The position numbers and the translations under genes were made by a program. DNA of 36,251 nucleotides from the NCBI GenBank assembly GCA_002245135.1, contig NGBS01000586.1, positions 310,001-346,251 on the forward strand. Direction: 5' to 3'. The notes below the pieces were generated by a model. The model searched no databases and was not told the DNA's origin. It saw only the letters and a list, made by a program, of their open reading frames with translations. This document shows positions 1 to 11,740 of this stretch, piece by piece. Positions within the stretch are counted from its first letter, which is position 1. Each line of letters opens with the position of its first letter. This stretch comes from Proteromonas lacertae. Taxonomy: Eukaryota.

Positions 1-676
1 TTACTGTCTTTTTTACATTATATTGTCGCGATGGAGTATATAGATTCTTTCTATCTCTTGCCTTTGGAGTATGTTGCCTTCTTTCATTCTCTCTTTGTTT
101 TGCTATTGATACTCTTTTTAATAATTTCTTATAACTCTGTTGGTTGGTTTTATAATGGTCTATTTTGGTCTCTACAGAACGAATTGTCTGTTCTCCTTGT
201 ACAGCACTTCCTTTCATTGAACGATGAGTTGATATTGATACACTAATTGGTATTAAAAATGGTGGATTAAGATTGGTACAAGTTTCACCTTTGATTGATA
301 TACAGTAAGTGATTGAACCATTTTTGGGTGGATTGGGTGGGTCTATAGAGAGCGTAAAATTGGTTTTGTCCTTTTGTGAATTACAAAAACTATTATATTT
401 ACATAATAAATAATTAAAATACTCAAATCTATTTGAAGTTGGGAAATTATTGTCAGAACTAGCATATAATCTTACAGTTCCATTTGTAGGTTTTACTATT
501 ATTTTTACTACTTGAGTAGAATCTTTTAATGTGTATTTAAAATTTGAATATGTGTCCTAAGTAAGTATAATGTTTGAATGAAATACTTTCTCGATAATGA
601 ATCTCATATTATTACCATTATTTAATTCTCTCCACTGTTCACCTATTCTACTGGAGTGATTCTTACATTCTTCCAT
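1..676 (-). CDS. Hypothetical protein, spliced, runs off the left edge
   Basis: Manual splicing gives an open frame: MEECKNHSSRIGEQW...FIIEK [GTATT..TAG intron] DTYSNFKYTLKDSTQVVKIIVKPTNGTVRLYASSDNNFPTSNRF [intron] ...NFTLSIDPPNPPKNGSITYCISIKGE..., open to position 1. The start is uncertain (ATG at 676, or 746 in another frame). Confidence 0.65.
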
Positions 677-847
677 TAATCGTATCTAATTCCTGTATTC
701 TTTGAGTGAATCTATTGCTTTCTTCTTCCAGAAGTTGAATCGACATATTCTTTTATCTCTATCCCTTTGAAAAAAATAAAAATAAAAATCAAACAGTTTC
801 TTTTTTTCGATGAAATTAACAAAATTTGCGTAAACCCATTTTCAAAA

Positions 848-2682
848 ATGTCATTAAAACAAGAAAATGTTGCATTAGGCATTGATTTTGGCACTACAAA
901 TTCTGTCATAGCTATATGGGATTTAAAGTCAAATGAAACTAGAGTATTAAGCAATAAAATAGGTCAATTTTCAACAAAATCGTTAGTAGGATTCAAAGTA
1001 TATATCAGTACTAATTATTTTATTAGAGTAAAAATGAAATTTTGATAGGAGAATCAGCACTATCTCTTCAAATAGAAAAACCTGAATGTGTTGTTTCAAA
1101 TATAAAATCAATATTAGGAATATCCTTAGAAGAAGCAGAAAATCTAAAATCAACTGTGCCATACACAATTAATACAGCTGATGACGAAATATCTATAGAC
1201 ATAAAATACGCTGAAGGTGATTGTTTTGAACAGATGACACCAGAATATATAGCTAGTTTAATTCTATTACATTTACTAGAATGTGCTGAGTCAGAATTAC
1301 ATATAAAAATTACCAATATTATTCTAACATGTCCTGCTTATTTCAATGTAAATCAAAGACACTCTCTCATGATAGCAGCTGAAATGGCAAATATGAAAGT
1401 AATGAAGTTAATTAATGAACCAACTGCTGCTTCTCTGTCATTTGGTTTTAATTATTCAGCAGATGTATATGAGAATAATAATATTCTAATATTTGACTAT
1501 GGAGGTGGTACATTAGATATATCTATATTAAATATAACAAATAGAAATGGAAAAAGTGAATATAAAGTATTGAATGTTAGTGGAAATACAACTCATGGTG
1601 GAAATGAAATTACATTATTATTAGCCAATTATATTAAAGATAAGATATTTAAAGAAACAAATATTCGTTTAATATTTTCAAATCCATTTATTTTATCAAG
1701 AATGATCAATATTGCAGAAGAAATAAAGATTGAATTATCTGAGAATGAAAGTGTTACAAAAACGTTAAATCCATTAGAAAACATGAAGAAATCATATAAA
1801 ATAACAATTACAAGAGATGAATTTAATAATTTAATAGAAAAAATAATACAGGAGTATATTTTATTATTCTATTATTGTTTAAAAATTAGATGCGTTTCAT
1901 TAGTTGATAAAACGATGAAAGATATTGATTTTTTTCCTAATAATATAAAAGATGTATAGTTATTATTTATATATATATTTAATATTTAGATTATAATGAT
2001 TGGAGGATCTAGTAAAATCCCAATAATTCAAGAAAGAATTGAAAAATATTTCAATAAAGTATTATATATATATATAATCATAATTAAATTCTTTCAATAG
2101 AAAATCTGTACAAGTGACAATCCTGAAAGTTTAGTAGCTGAAGGTGCAGCAATAGAAGGAGCAAAACAATGCGGTGTAAATGATGAAACATTGAAGAAAG
2201 TATTATTAATGGATGTATTACCAATAAGTGTTGGAATTAAAACATCTGATGGTTATTTCTGTCCAATCATCTTAAAGAATACACAAATACCAGTAGAAGT
2301 GACTGAATCATTTTATACAGATAAAGACAATCAGAAATCCATTACTTTAGAAATATATGAAGGAGAATCGGACATTATTGAAAATGATAATTTTATTTCA
2401 ATCAAAAAGTTTCCAATTACAGATTGGAAAAAGAAATCAGAAGACCAATGTGTATTTATATCTTTATTACTATATTTGTATAGATTAAAGTTAGTTTTAG
2501 TATTGATATAAATGGTGAATTAAAAGTTGATGCAGATTGTGTGAAAGAATTATCTGAAGAACAGAATTTTAAAATGTATTTATTACTGTTGTTTTATGAT
2601 ATGATTGTATAGGATTGGAATTTTATGTATGTATTTGATAGTTTTGGTTGTATTATACATTTTTCTAAAATGTTATTTTTAA
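848..2682 (+). CDS. HSP70: Divergent Hsp70-family protein (~540 aa), no helical lid, predicted C-terminal transmembrane segment
   Basis: Hsp70 motifs GIDFGTT, TCPAYF, INEPTAA, IFDYGGGTLDIS, IGGSSKIP, LLMDVLPISVGI and FSIDINGEL. Exons 848-997, 1027-1853, 1890-1953, 1990-2058, 2101-2451, 2484-2575 and 2613-2682 are joined by GTAT..AG introns of 29-42 nt and give 541 codons. Confidence 0.9.
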
Positions 2683-3659
2683 AATGATGTTATTTTTGTG
2701 TTTATTTTGTTTTGTTGTTATTTGGCAAAAGGACATCCTTTTCTACTTCTTTGTGATTGTTTCTAATGAATTTATTCTTAGTTTTGAATTGTGTAGTTAT
2801 AATAATCTATATCAACATTTTCTTCATCATCACTTTCATAATCAAATTCTAATGGGTTGTAATGCAAAGTGATATGATTCATTATATTATGTAGACAGGA
2901 TTATTTACTCAATTAGTTCTATAAAACGCTAAACAACTACAATTAATCACCAATCTATACAACCCTACTTAGTTAACTAATTCAAGAAAATTAGTCAACT
3001 ATTCTATCTCCATCATTTCATTTCTTGGACATTACACAACATTCTATTACAATTATTGTTTAGGTAAAATAACATAATATTTATACATTTTTATGCAACG
3101 TAATTGTATTAACAAAATTTTTGTTTTAATCTCCTTCTACATCACAATAAAAATTGATTTAAAATTAATTATGATCAAGCCAAATGCTTGATGAATCTCT
3201 TTGAATAATTTGATTGGCTATACTCACAATCATTTGAATTATTCACAACTCGTTTGTTCTGCATTTTCATTTCGTTTTTTTAATATAATTTAGTTATAGA
3301 AGGTGATACGAGCTGCTTTACAAAAGAAGTTGATTTTATTGAACCAAAACTAGTATGTATTTCTTTTTAAAGTATTTATATATTGCATAGGTAAAGAAGA
3401 AAAATACAGAGAACGTATAAAAAGAAAAAGAAAAAGAAAAACCACAGATATTTTATGAAATGTGTCTAAAATGAAAGCTTCAAACGTATTATAAATTCCT
3501 ATGATGTTAGATTGTTAAACCAACTGTAAAATTTATTTTCTCTTCACTGGTACATAAACCATTAAAAATTAAACGACAAAAAGAACATCTAAATCCTTTA
3601 GAAGTGGTATATAGTTGTATTATATTGAATAGAAGAAGAATCCTATTAGTTTGTCTTCA

Positions 3660-4330
3660 AAGCTGTTTATGTTCCTGAATTATTAGAATCAACAATATCA
3701 GGAGGAATAAAGATGGTAAGAAAACTAAATGTTGTGTTTGATAACAGTAAAAGAATAAAGTTAGAAATTTTGTGAAGATAATGAACAGTTTGATAGATGA
3801 TGATAAAGATTTTTTCCGATTTAGAGATGATAGTGTTAATGTATATCAATTTCCAAAGAGAATGAAGATATTATTAGATTAATAAAGAGTTATGACTATC
3901 CAACAATTATGGTTAACCTGGTATAGGTAAAACAAGTTTCTTATATTACCTATTACATTGTTTAAAGATATATGATGATTACAGATATGAAGATGAAGAT
4001 AAAAGAATAGAAAGAGAAATAAATGGTATATATGTAGTAAAAAGAAAGAAAAATGGTTTGGTACATGTACTGATATTGACAGAGATGATGAATTTAGAGA
4101 TATCTATGATGATTTAAGTTACAATGGAAGCTTTACTGATATAGATAAATTAATCAGTCATATGGTTATTCAGTTTACAATTAGTGAAATACATGATTTA
4201 TCCACTGAAATTGTTGATATTCTTATGAAGTTATATAAATAGTATAAAGGTAATAGAGATAATGGTTTTGGTTTATTCTATGTAAGTCCTCAAGAAGATG
4301 TTGGTATAAATACAAAGAAAGATAGAGATG
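3660..4330 (+). pseudogene. Degenerate Crinkler/RHS-like P-loop NTPase + restriction-endonuclease-fold gene
   Basis: 3911-3963 reads G*PGIGKTSFLYYLLHCL, a Walker A in CRN/RHS-type context with an internal stop. 4111-4330 reads DLSYNGSFTDIDKLISHMVIQFTISEIHDL...GFGLFYVSP with a stop. There are several stops and frameshifts, and the boundaries are approximate. Confidence 0.6.
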
Positions 4331-4543
4331 TATCTATCTTTGTATTTATAGCCAACATCTTCTTGAGGACTTACATAGAATAAACCAAAACCATTTTCAT
4401 TATTTTTATATATTTCATATAACTTCTTTAGTATATAAACCATTTCAGTGGATAAATCATGTCATCTCACTAATTGTAATTTGAATACCCATAGGACCAA
4501 TCAATGCATCTATATCAGGAAAGCCTCCATTGTAACTTAAATC
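4111..4543. repeat. Imperfect ~215-bp-arm inverted duplication (tail-to-tail paralogous REase-like fragments)
   Basis: 4261-4304 is the exact reverse complement of 4352-4395 (44 bp). The outer arms still align with mismatches (gatttaagttacaatgga at 4111; tccattgtaacttaaatc ending 4543). The minus arm reads FDLSYNGGFPDIDALIGPMGIQITISE. Confidence 0.9.
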
Positions 4544-4932
4544 GAATAAATTCATTTCTTTTTTATTCATTCTTTTTACCTTCATTTTTAACTTTTACTA
4601 CTTTAACATCTTTATCTATATTGAAAGTGATGAAGATATAGATGGAATAAATGATGAAGAAATAGAAGGAGAAATTAATGAAAATTTTGAAGAGGAAGAT
4701 GATGAAGTAGAAGAAGCAAATATTGAATATTGCACCCCTTGTTATTAATTATTAAATACTAATTAATTCCATATAGTTTATATTATTTTTCTTTAGGCAA
4801 TAGATGTCCATTTAGAGTTTTGTCCTTATCTTGTCCTATCCCTGTCGAACTCAGTATTGAATAATAAAGAAATTAGAAACAAAAAGAAAAGTAAATAATA
4901 ATAACATATTAATATATTATTATTTTCATAAT

Positions 4933-6010
4933 TTAATTCTTTTTAAATAATCTCTTAAATCCCATCTTAAATCTATTCATGTAATTGTTCTTTTCTTCAT
5001 CATTTAATTTAACTCCATTTATTCTAATAGTTAATTCTTTTGACTTATCACAATATACTCCAGATATATTTTCAGCTCTAATATAAAAGAAATATTATAA
5101 TATATACTTAATTGGAGTATTTTTACTGATATTCAAATCTAAACTAAACAAAATATCTTCATTTATTAAATATTCCTTTTTACCTTTAGTAATATCGATA
5201 GGTTCAGCTCTAACATACAAAACCTATATATATAAAAAAAACATTAAATAATAATAATAATAATAATATATACGTTCTTTTCTTTATCAATAACAAATCC
5301 AAATTTCTTTAAATATGGTAAATATACTGATACCCAAACACCTTCTTTATCATCTCCATGAGTTACTTTTGGATTGTGCCAACTATTGTCCAATTCTTTC
5401 ATCTCTTTCAATATAATTTCCATTTCTTCTTTTTGAAGTTTTTTCATTAAGAGTTCGTCTTCCTGCTCACGTTTTCTATTGATTTATGATATAATAATTA
5501 TTATATACGTCTCATTCTTCTTTTCTTCTTCTTCTTCTCTTTGTAATTTACGTATGTAATCCAAATCTTGAAATTCAATTTCTTCTAATTTTCTTCTTCT
5601 TTCAGCTTCTAATCTATCTTCTTCTTCTTGCAACTGAATTGCTAATATTTCACCTTCTTCTTCTGCTAATATTTTTTTGGCTAATTCTAAATCAGCTTGT
5701 TCTAAGGCTTTCTTTTCTTCTAGCTCTTTTCGTCGATCTTCTTCCTCTTCTTTTTCTATGATCTTTTTTAGCTCATCTGCCTAGTTCAAAAATACTATAA
5801 TTACTGACTATACCCATTTTGAATCAGCTTGTTTTTTCACTTCGTCATTAGCTTCAATAAAACATTCAAACAGAGATCTATTTATCTTACTCAAAACTAA
5901 ATTTAATACTTTGGTTTAGGTTTACTTTTCATCTCTTCCATTCTTCGAAAAGCTGGTGAGTAGGTGCTATGGACCAACTTTCTATCTACTGATGGAGAAG
6001 CTGTACTCAT
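4933..6010 (-). CDS. Glu/Lys-rich coiled-coil protein with a C-terminal HSP20/alpha-crystallin- or CS-like beta domain
   Basis: ATG at 6010 (MSTASPSVDRK), five short GTAT..AG introns, stop at 4933-4935. Repeated DxxLAxxLQEEE-like motifs are followed by VWVSVYLPYLKKFGFVIDKEKNVLYVRAEP...ENISGVYCDKSKELTIRING. The gene model is well supported; the domain call is tentative. Confidence 0.75.
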
Positions 6011-6357
6011 AAAAGAATTTTGAATTTAAAATTTGGGTGTAAGAAAAAAGAAATGAATTTTCGAATATAACACCCATTTTATATTCGTTTCATTATTTAA
6101 AATTATCATTAAACTCAATGAATACATCAATAGGATATAATAACAATATCTAATATTGCATTATATCAAATATTTGTTACATTCATGAGAATGTTTCACA
6201 AAATTAGCAGAGTGTTAGAGGGTATTATGAAAGATAGTTCATTATTTACGGAATTATTCATTTTTATGAAAATAGACTCGTTTCATTTTAATTCTTTTTT
6301 AAATTCCTATCAATAACATACATACAAATCAAATTTATAATTAAATATATCAACTAA

Positions 6358-7177
6358 TTAACTAGATTCAGGAGGTAAAGGAGGCTGAAGTTCTGTTACT
6401 TTTTTATTCAATTTCCCTTTCATTTTTTGTAAATGAGTTCTAACTTGTGTTGCATTTCTAGTTCCAACATATTCAGCTATCTTTTTATAATCTTTTTTAT
6501 TATATTGTTTAAGTGCTTCATTAAGTCTTTTTTCTTCATCCTCACTCCAATGATGTATTATTCTACTATTAAAATTTTGTTGTTGTTGCTGCTGTTGTGG
6601 TGGTTGCTGTTTAGGTTGTTGCTGTATGGTTAATGGTTGATTTGGTAATATTTGTTGATTTGCTCTATATTATAATAAATTAACAAATTTAAATTAATAA
6701 TATAAGTCACATATACATACACTGTTGATGTAGTTGTGTTTCTTTTACAGTTTGCTGACATTATTCGATATGGTTCTAAATAGAAAGGATAATTTCTATA
6801 ATATTCATTTAATTTATCTACATGAATTGGTTGTGGTGTTCCTATAGTTAATGTCTCAATATCACAAGCAGTTCCTAATTGTTTAAGATTCTTATATAAT
6901 GTTCGGAGAAATCTAATAATTGTACTATATTATTGTATAATACGTAGTTCCTGATGATAGTCTACCTAAATACATGTTCTCAACGATTGCATTTATCATT
7001 TCAGAATTCTCGAGTAGAATCTATGAGGTACATCAACATCATGATTATTTTTATATAATTTTATACTGCATCAATATATTGTGGTGTAATTTTCACATCT
7101 GGAAGCTGTTGGTTCAGATATGCACTTTGCATTGATGCTGTTGTATTTTTTGGCGGTACAGTATGTATATTATTCAT
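6358..7177 (-). CDS. SSXT (SS18/GIF) domain + Gln/Pro-rich linker + SHAQKYF-class Myb/SANT domain protein
   Basis: The spliced frame has ITPQYIDAILLENSEMINAIVENMYLGRLSSGTTFLRTLYKNLKQLGTACD (SSXT pattern), a polyQ tract, and WSEDEEKRLNEALKQYNKKDYKKIAEYVGTRNATQVRTHLQK (Myb). Three introns; ATG at 7177, stop at 6358-6360. Confidence 0.85.
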
Positions 7178-7259
7178 TATATCTTAATAGATATAAAGAA
7201 GAAGAAAAACAATAGGCTTGTTGAAGGCTTGATTAAATTTTGAATTTTTAAATTGATTT
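7178..7259. promoter_or_regulatory. Putative 82-bp bidirectional promoter
   Basis: Spacer between the divergent ATGs of the SSXT-Myb gene (7177, -) and the FHA gene (7260, +). Inferred from gene geometry only. Confidence 0.4.
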
Positions 7260-8008
7260 ATGGCATCTAAGAGAAAGGCAGAGAAAGAATCAGAACAGGA
7301 AGCGAAAAGAATGAAAATTACAACGTCACTTGAAGGTATTCATCATAATATACTATTCTATAAAGAGATTATTGAAGATATGAAGAATAGCGATATGACA
7401 GTGAAAGAATATATAAAGAATTATGCAGAAATATTATGCAATGTATTTTTAAGATTATTATTGTAGAACATTATGAAAATACAAGACACAGTAAATAATT
7501 CAATCATTTCAGTATTTAACGAAAAAAAGTTAGAAACTGTTGGAGTTGCACTAAAAGAAGAGAAAACAGAACCAAGTATAAACACACATTTACTTTAATA
7601 GAAACAAAGAAACACATAAATGTAGTAATAAAAATGCTAGAAGGTCCACTATCTGGTTTTGAAAAAGAATTAATGCCAAGACCTGTATATTAATGTAATA
7701 TATTATAATTTTCGTAGAGTAAGCCAGTTTTTATCGGTAGATCCACTGCAACAAAATATAAAAACAAAGGAATCAGTTTAAGCGATGATAACGAAGTGTC
7801 AACAAATCATTGTCAAATAATGGAGAAGAATGGAAAGATATTTATAAAAGATAATCTTTCAACTAATGGAACTAGGGTAAATGAGTATATATCAATATAT
7901 TTAATATATTATAGTGTTGAAATTGACAAAGAAGTTGAACTTCATGAAGGCGATAAAGTTGGTGTTGGAATTTCTCTATTTGAATGTCATTTTAAAGAAG
8001 TGGAATAA
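7260..8008 (+). CDS. FHA-domain protein with a basic N-terminus (possible NLS)
   Basis: The spliced product contains FIGRS...DNEVSTNHCQI...DNLSTNGTRVN...LHEGDKVGVG (FHA G-R, S-x-x-H and NGT motifs). There are four introns, including 7443-7466 (24 nt) and 7576-7601 (26 nt). Confidence 0.88.
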
Positions 8009-8190
8009 TTAGCTTTTATAAATATAATATTGTGTATTAGTGTGTTGGATATGGAAAAAGATCTTCAATATACTTTTTAATTGGCTTAATTTGAAATTAT
8101 GTCATTATAATCTATTCGGGTAATTTTGCTGTAAACAAAATGTTAAACATACATAATATAAGAAGATAACTATTGAGGAAATAGTTTTAA

Positions 8191-11100
8191 TTAACATATG
8201 GAATTTACAACAAAGGAATAATCTTGATGAACTTTATTTATGATATCTTGAGGAGGATTATCACCATAAGCCCAATAAATCACTTTTCCATAAATATCTA
8301 AGTTAAGATTACTTGTACCTCTTATAGCAGTTATGAATTTTTGATCATCACCCCCATTCATTTCTAAATAATACCATGTTTTTCTTCCTCTAGTTTCTCC
8401 TCTTACTAAATACATCCTTTTATGTATTTTTTCTTTTTCATAACATTTAGATATACTTTTACCAAAATTTTGAATAATTATTTTTGTATTAATTTCAACT
8501 TCATCAAGGATTTTTAATACTCCTTTTTCCCCAATATTATTTCCTAAAATGTATAAATAGTTTAAACTGCTAAGCTTTCCAATATTTTTACTCAATATCT
8601 TTATACCTTCAATTCCAAATAAGTTATATTCTATCTTCAGTTTAAGAAGATTTTGAAGTGAATCAAAACAATCACATAAATAATTAATCCCATCAGAATT
8701 TATGTGATTATCTAAACAATAGAATTTATTAATAACATTATACATGATAAATCTAATGATCTTAATTTATGAAGATTTTTCAATCCACTTTTTAAATTCA
8801 ACATCAAATTTGAATCAATATTACAGTATTGAAGAGTAAGTTCCTCTAAATCTTTAAATTGTTTTAATGTTTCTATAAAATCTAAAATCATACAATTATT
8901 AAAATCACAATCTATTCAATCACATTTAGTAACAATACATTTTATAGTCAATTTTTTCATCTTTTTATTCTGCTTCAAATACACGAAAAGAGCTATTAGA
9001 GCATGTACAGCATTTTTTACAGTATATAATGAGAATTCTTCAAGATTTGATAGATTTTTAAATCCTGCTGAAATAATATAACTGTAATTATCATTTAATT
9101 TATCATCTATATCATAAGTATAATGTTATGTCATACATGATAAACTGATTTTCTTTAATTGAGGATTTGATAACAGAAATCTATTCAATTCTATTGCAGA
9201 CTTACTAGTCATTTCATTTCCTTCTATTGATAATGATTCTAGATTATTACAATATTTGTTTAATCCATTAATTATAGCATATAAACCAGTGTATTTAACC
9301 AAACAATCTACAGTTCATAAATTAAAGATAAATACAAGAAATATCAAGTAATTTTAGTTTTGGCAAATCCTTCATTATGTTGGATAATATTTCAACACCT
9401 AAATCACCTAATGAACTTTCTAAGAAATATACATTTTTATTGATATACTTGAAATTGTTAATTCTTCTATATTATTTAGTTCTTTCAGATAATTCATTGA
9501 TTCTTTGAATAATTGAATATCTGTTTCATTGTTATTATACAAATCACACATTATATTAACATTAAGTTTTGTTATTGATTTGTAATTTCTTATCAAAAAC
9601 AGAAAATGATAAAAACCCTCACAATGAATATTATTGTTATTTATAATTATTTCATTTAATTTTGGTGAGATTATTTCATTTTCGAAATTTTGGAAAAGAA
9701 GAAATATCCCATAATCATTTATTCCATTATCTATTAAATAAACATATAAATCATATGTAAATACTTCTTATATTAAATATTCTCAATTCTTTCATTTCAT
9801 AAATACATTCTCCTAATTCATACATTGATTTTTCAGTTAATTTATTATCTTCTAAATTCAATTCTTCTAATTGAGATAATTGATTCAACGATTTACATAT
9901 TTCTATCATTATATTATCTGTTATTGTACAAGCTATTTACTTATTATAAAAGATAATAAATACATTTCAATTTGAGAATTCTTAAGTTAAATAATCTTTC
10001 TATCAATCCATTTACATATTTTCCTGTATTTATAATAATATTTCGTTTATTAAGATAATTTTTACTCAATATATTCCCATTTTTTCCTTTACCTTCATCA
10101 TATATTTTCCTACAATCATATTCATCTGGAACACCAAAATTATTTCCTATTTAAATATTACATATATAAAACTACCTCTTAAATTTATTTTCTTCAATTT
10201 CGTCATTCTTTTTATTCCATCTAAAATACCTAATGATTCATCTAAATGTGATAAAAAATTATCTAAATGAAGAATATATTGATTATTATACATTTCATAT
10301 TAAGATATGTCAAATTTGGACAATTTTCTAAAACCATTTTAATTCCATCTTCCCATTTTTTAGTTGGAAAGAAGTAAAAGATATAATTTCTTATACATCT
10401 TAAATCCAAATTCTCCAAATTTTGATTTTCTTTTACTATATTAGACAAAATCTTTAATGATGTGTATGTAAACAACATATCTTTATAATAACAACAATTA
10501 TATAAATAATATACTACTCAGTGTTAATTCCTTTAAATGACTGTAGTGTCGAATTCCTTGAATTATATGTTTAGTATCGATGATTCCTATAGAATTTCTT
10601 CCCAAATTCAATACTTTCACATTTTCAAAACAACTTAATATTATTGAAAATAAAACCCATTCATATTTCGAAAGGGTTGGAATTTCTATAACAATAACAG
10701 AAAATATACTTCTCTTTAAATCGATTTCTTCTCTATTTCTATCTTCAAATACTTCTTCAAATATTTCTCTGTTTATTGGAGTTGATAATTCTTTTAATCC
10801 AATCTTGTATTTTCTCTTAATCTCTTCATAGAATATTTCTTTTAATTTCACAAATTCCTCATCACTTATTTTGATTCTTCTTTCTTCATCTAATAACATT
10901 AAATAAATAAACAAATATACTCATTGAGATTGAATTTAATAAACAAACGCTCAAATAGTATTTTACTTCTTCATCAATATCATTTTTTATGATTTCGAGA
11001 TATTTTGATATTGATATATCTATCACAGGATATTCGAAATAACCCAATTTGTAAAATTCTCTTCTTAAGATTGTTTCTACAGTGATTGATGGTTTTGGAA

Positions 11101-11740
11101 ATATTGATTGATATTTATGTAATAAATTCAATAAATCTAAATCATTTTTACTCTCTTTTAACTCTTTCATTATTACATTATAATCTTCTTTATTTTCTAT
11201 TAAACTATCATTAATATATTTTTCTAATAACATTCCCAACATCTCATTATCTTTCTTATATTCAAAACAAACACTTTTTCTTTTTATCATTTCTTCTGGT
11301 ATTTTAAATCCTTTTTCTTTGAGAGTTTTGTTTTTATAAAAGTAATATTTACCTACATCAGATAAGATATAACCATTTTCACTCTCAAATATGTTTGTAG
11401 CTTTCACACTAGTGTGACAAAGCCCATTCTCATGTAAATTATATAAAGCATTTATGACTGGATAAAACCATTGTTGAAAATGCTAATATTTTAATCAGAT
11501 AATATATATACTTCTCTTGTTCTTTCTTTTGATGAAACTTCTGCAAGACTTCTTTTATGATTTATGGTTGAAATAGAGAAATAATCAAATGTATCATACA
11601 CTCTGTAATACTTATCAATAAAATCTGTTTCAAAATCTGTAATGGATGAAAGCTATAAATAAATAAAAAGGTAATACACATGTAATTTGATCATATCGAG
11701 CTTCTGAAAGTGATATTTTTGTTGTAAAATATATAGTCAT
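8191..11740 (-). CDS. Pseudokinase-like N-terminus + ribonuclease-inhibitor-type LRRs + small conserved C-terminal domain
   Basis: Kinase-like ALYNLHEWACHTSVKATNIF...ILSDVG. Many LRRs, e.g. NVKVLNLGRNSIG, NLLKLKIEYNLFGIEG and SLNYLYILGNNIGEKG. The C-terminus is MYLVRGETRGRKTWYY...YGKVIYWAYGDNPP. The ORF pieces join through short GT..AG introns; not every junction was verified. Confidence 0.8.

Noticed and set aside
767..847. N-terminal extension of Hsp70 from the ORF track
   Set aside because: It begins at a TTG in poly-A/T promoter-like sequence. ATG 848 sits just before the GIDFGTT motif, as expected for the true start.
7161..7190. Plus-strand GTATG...TAG intron-like 30-mer (possible 5' UTR intron of the FHA gene)
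   Set aside because: It overlaps the in-frame start (ATG 7177) of the minus-strand SSXT-Myb gene, so it is probably coincidental.
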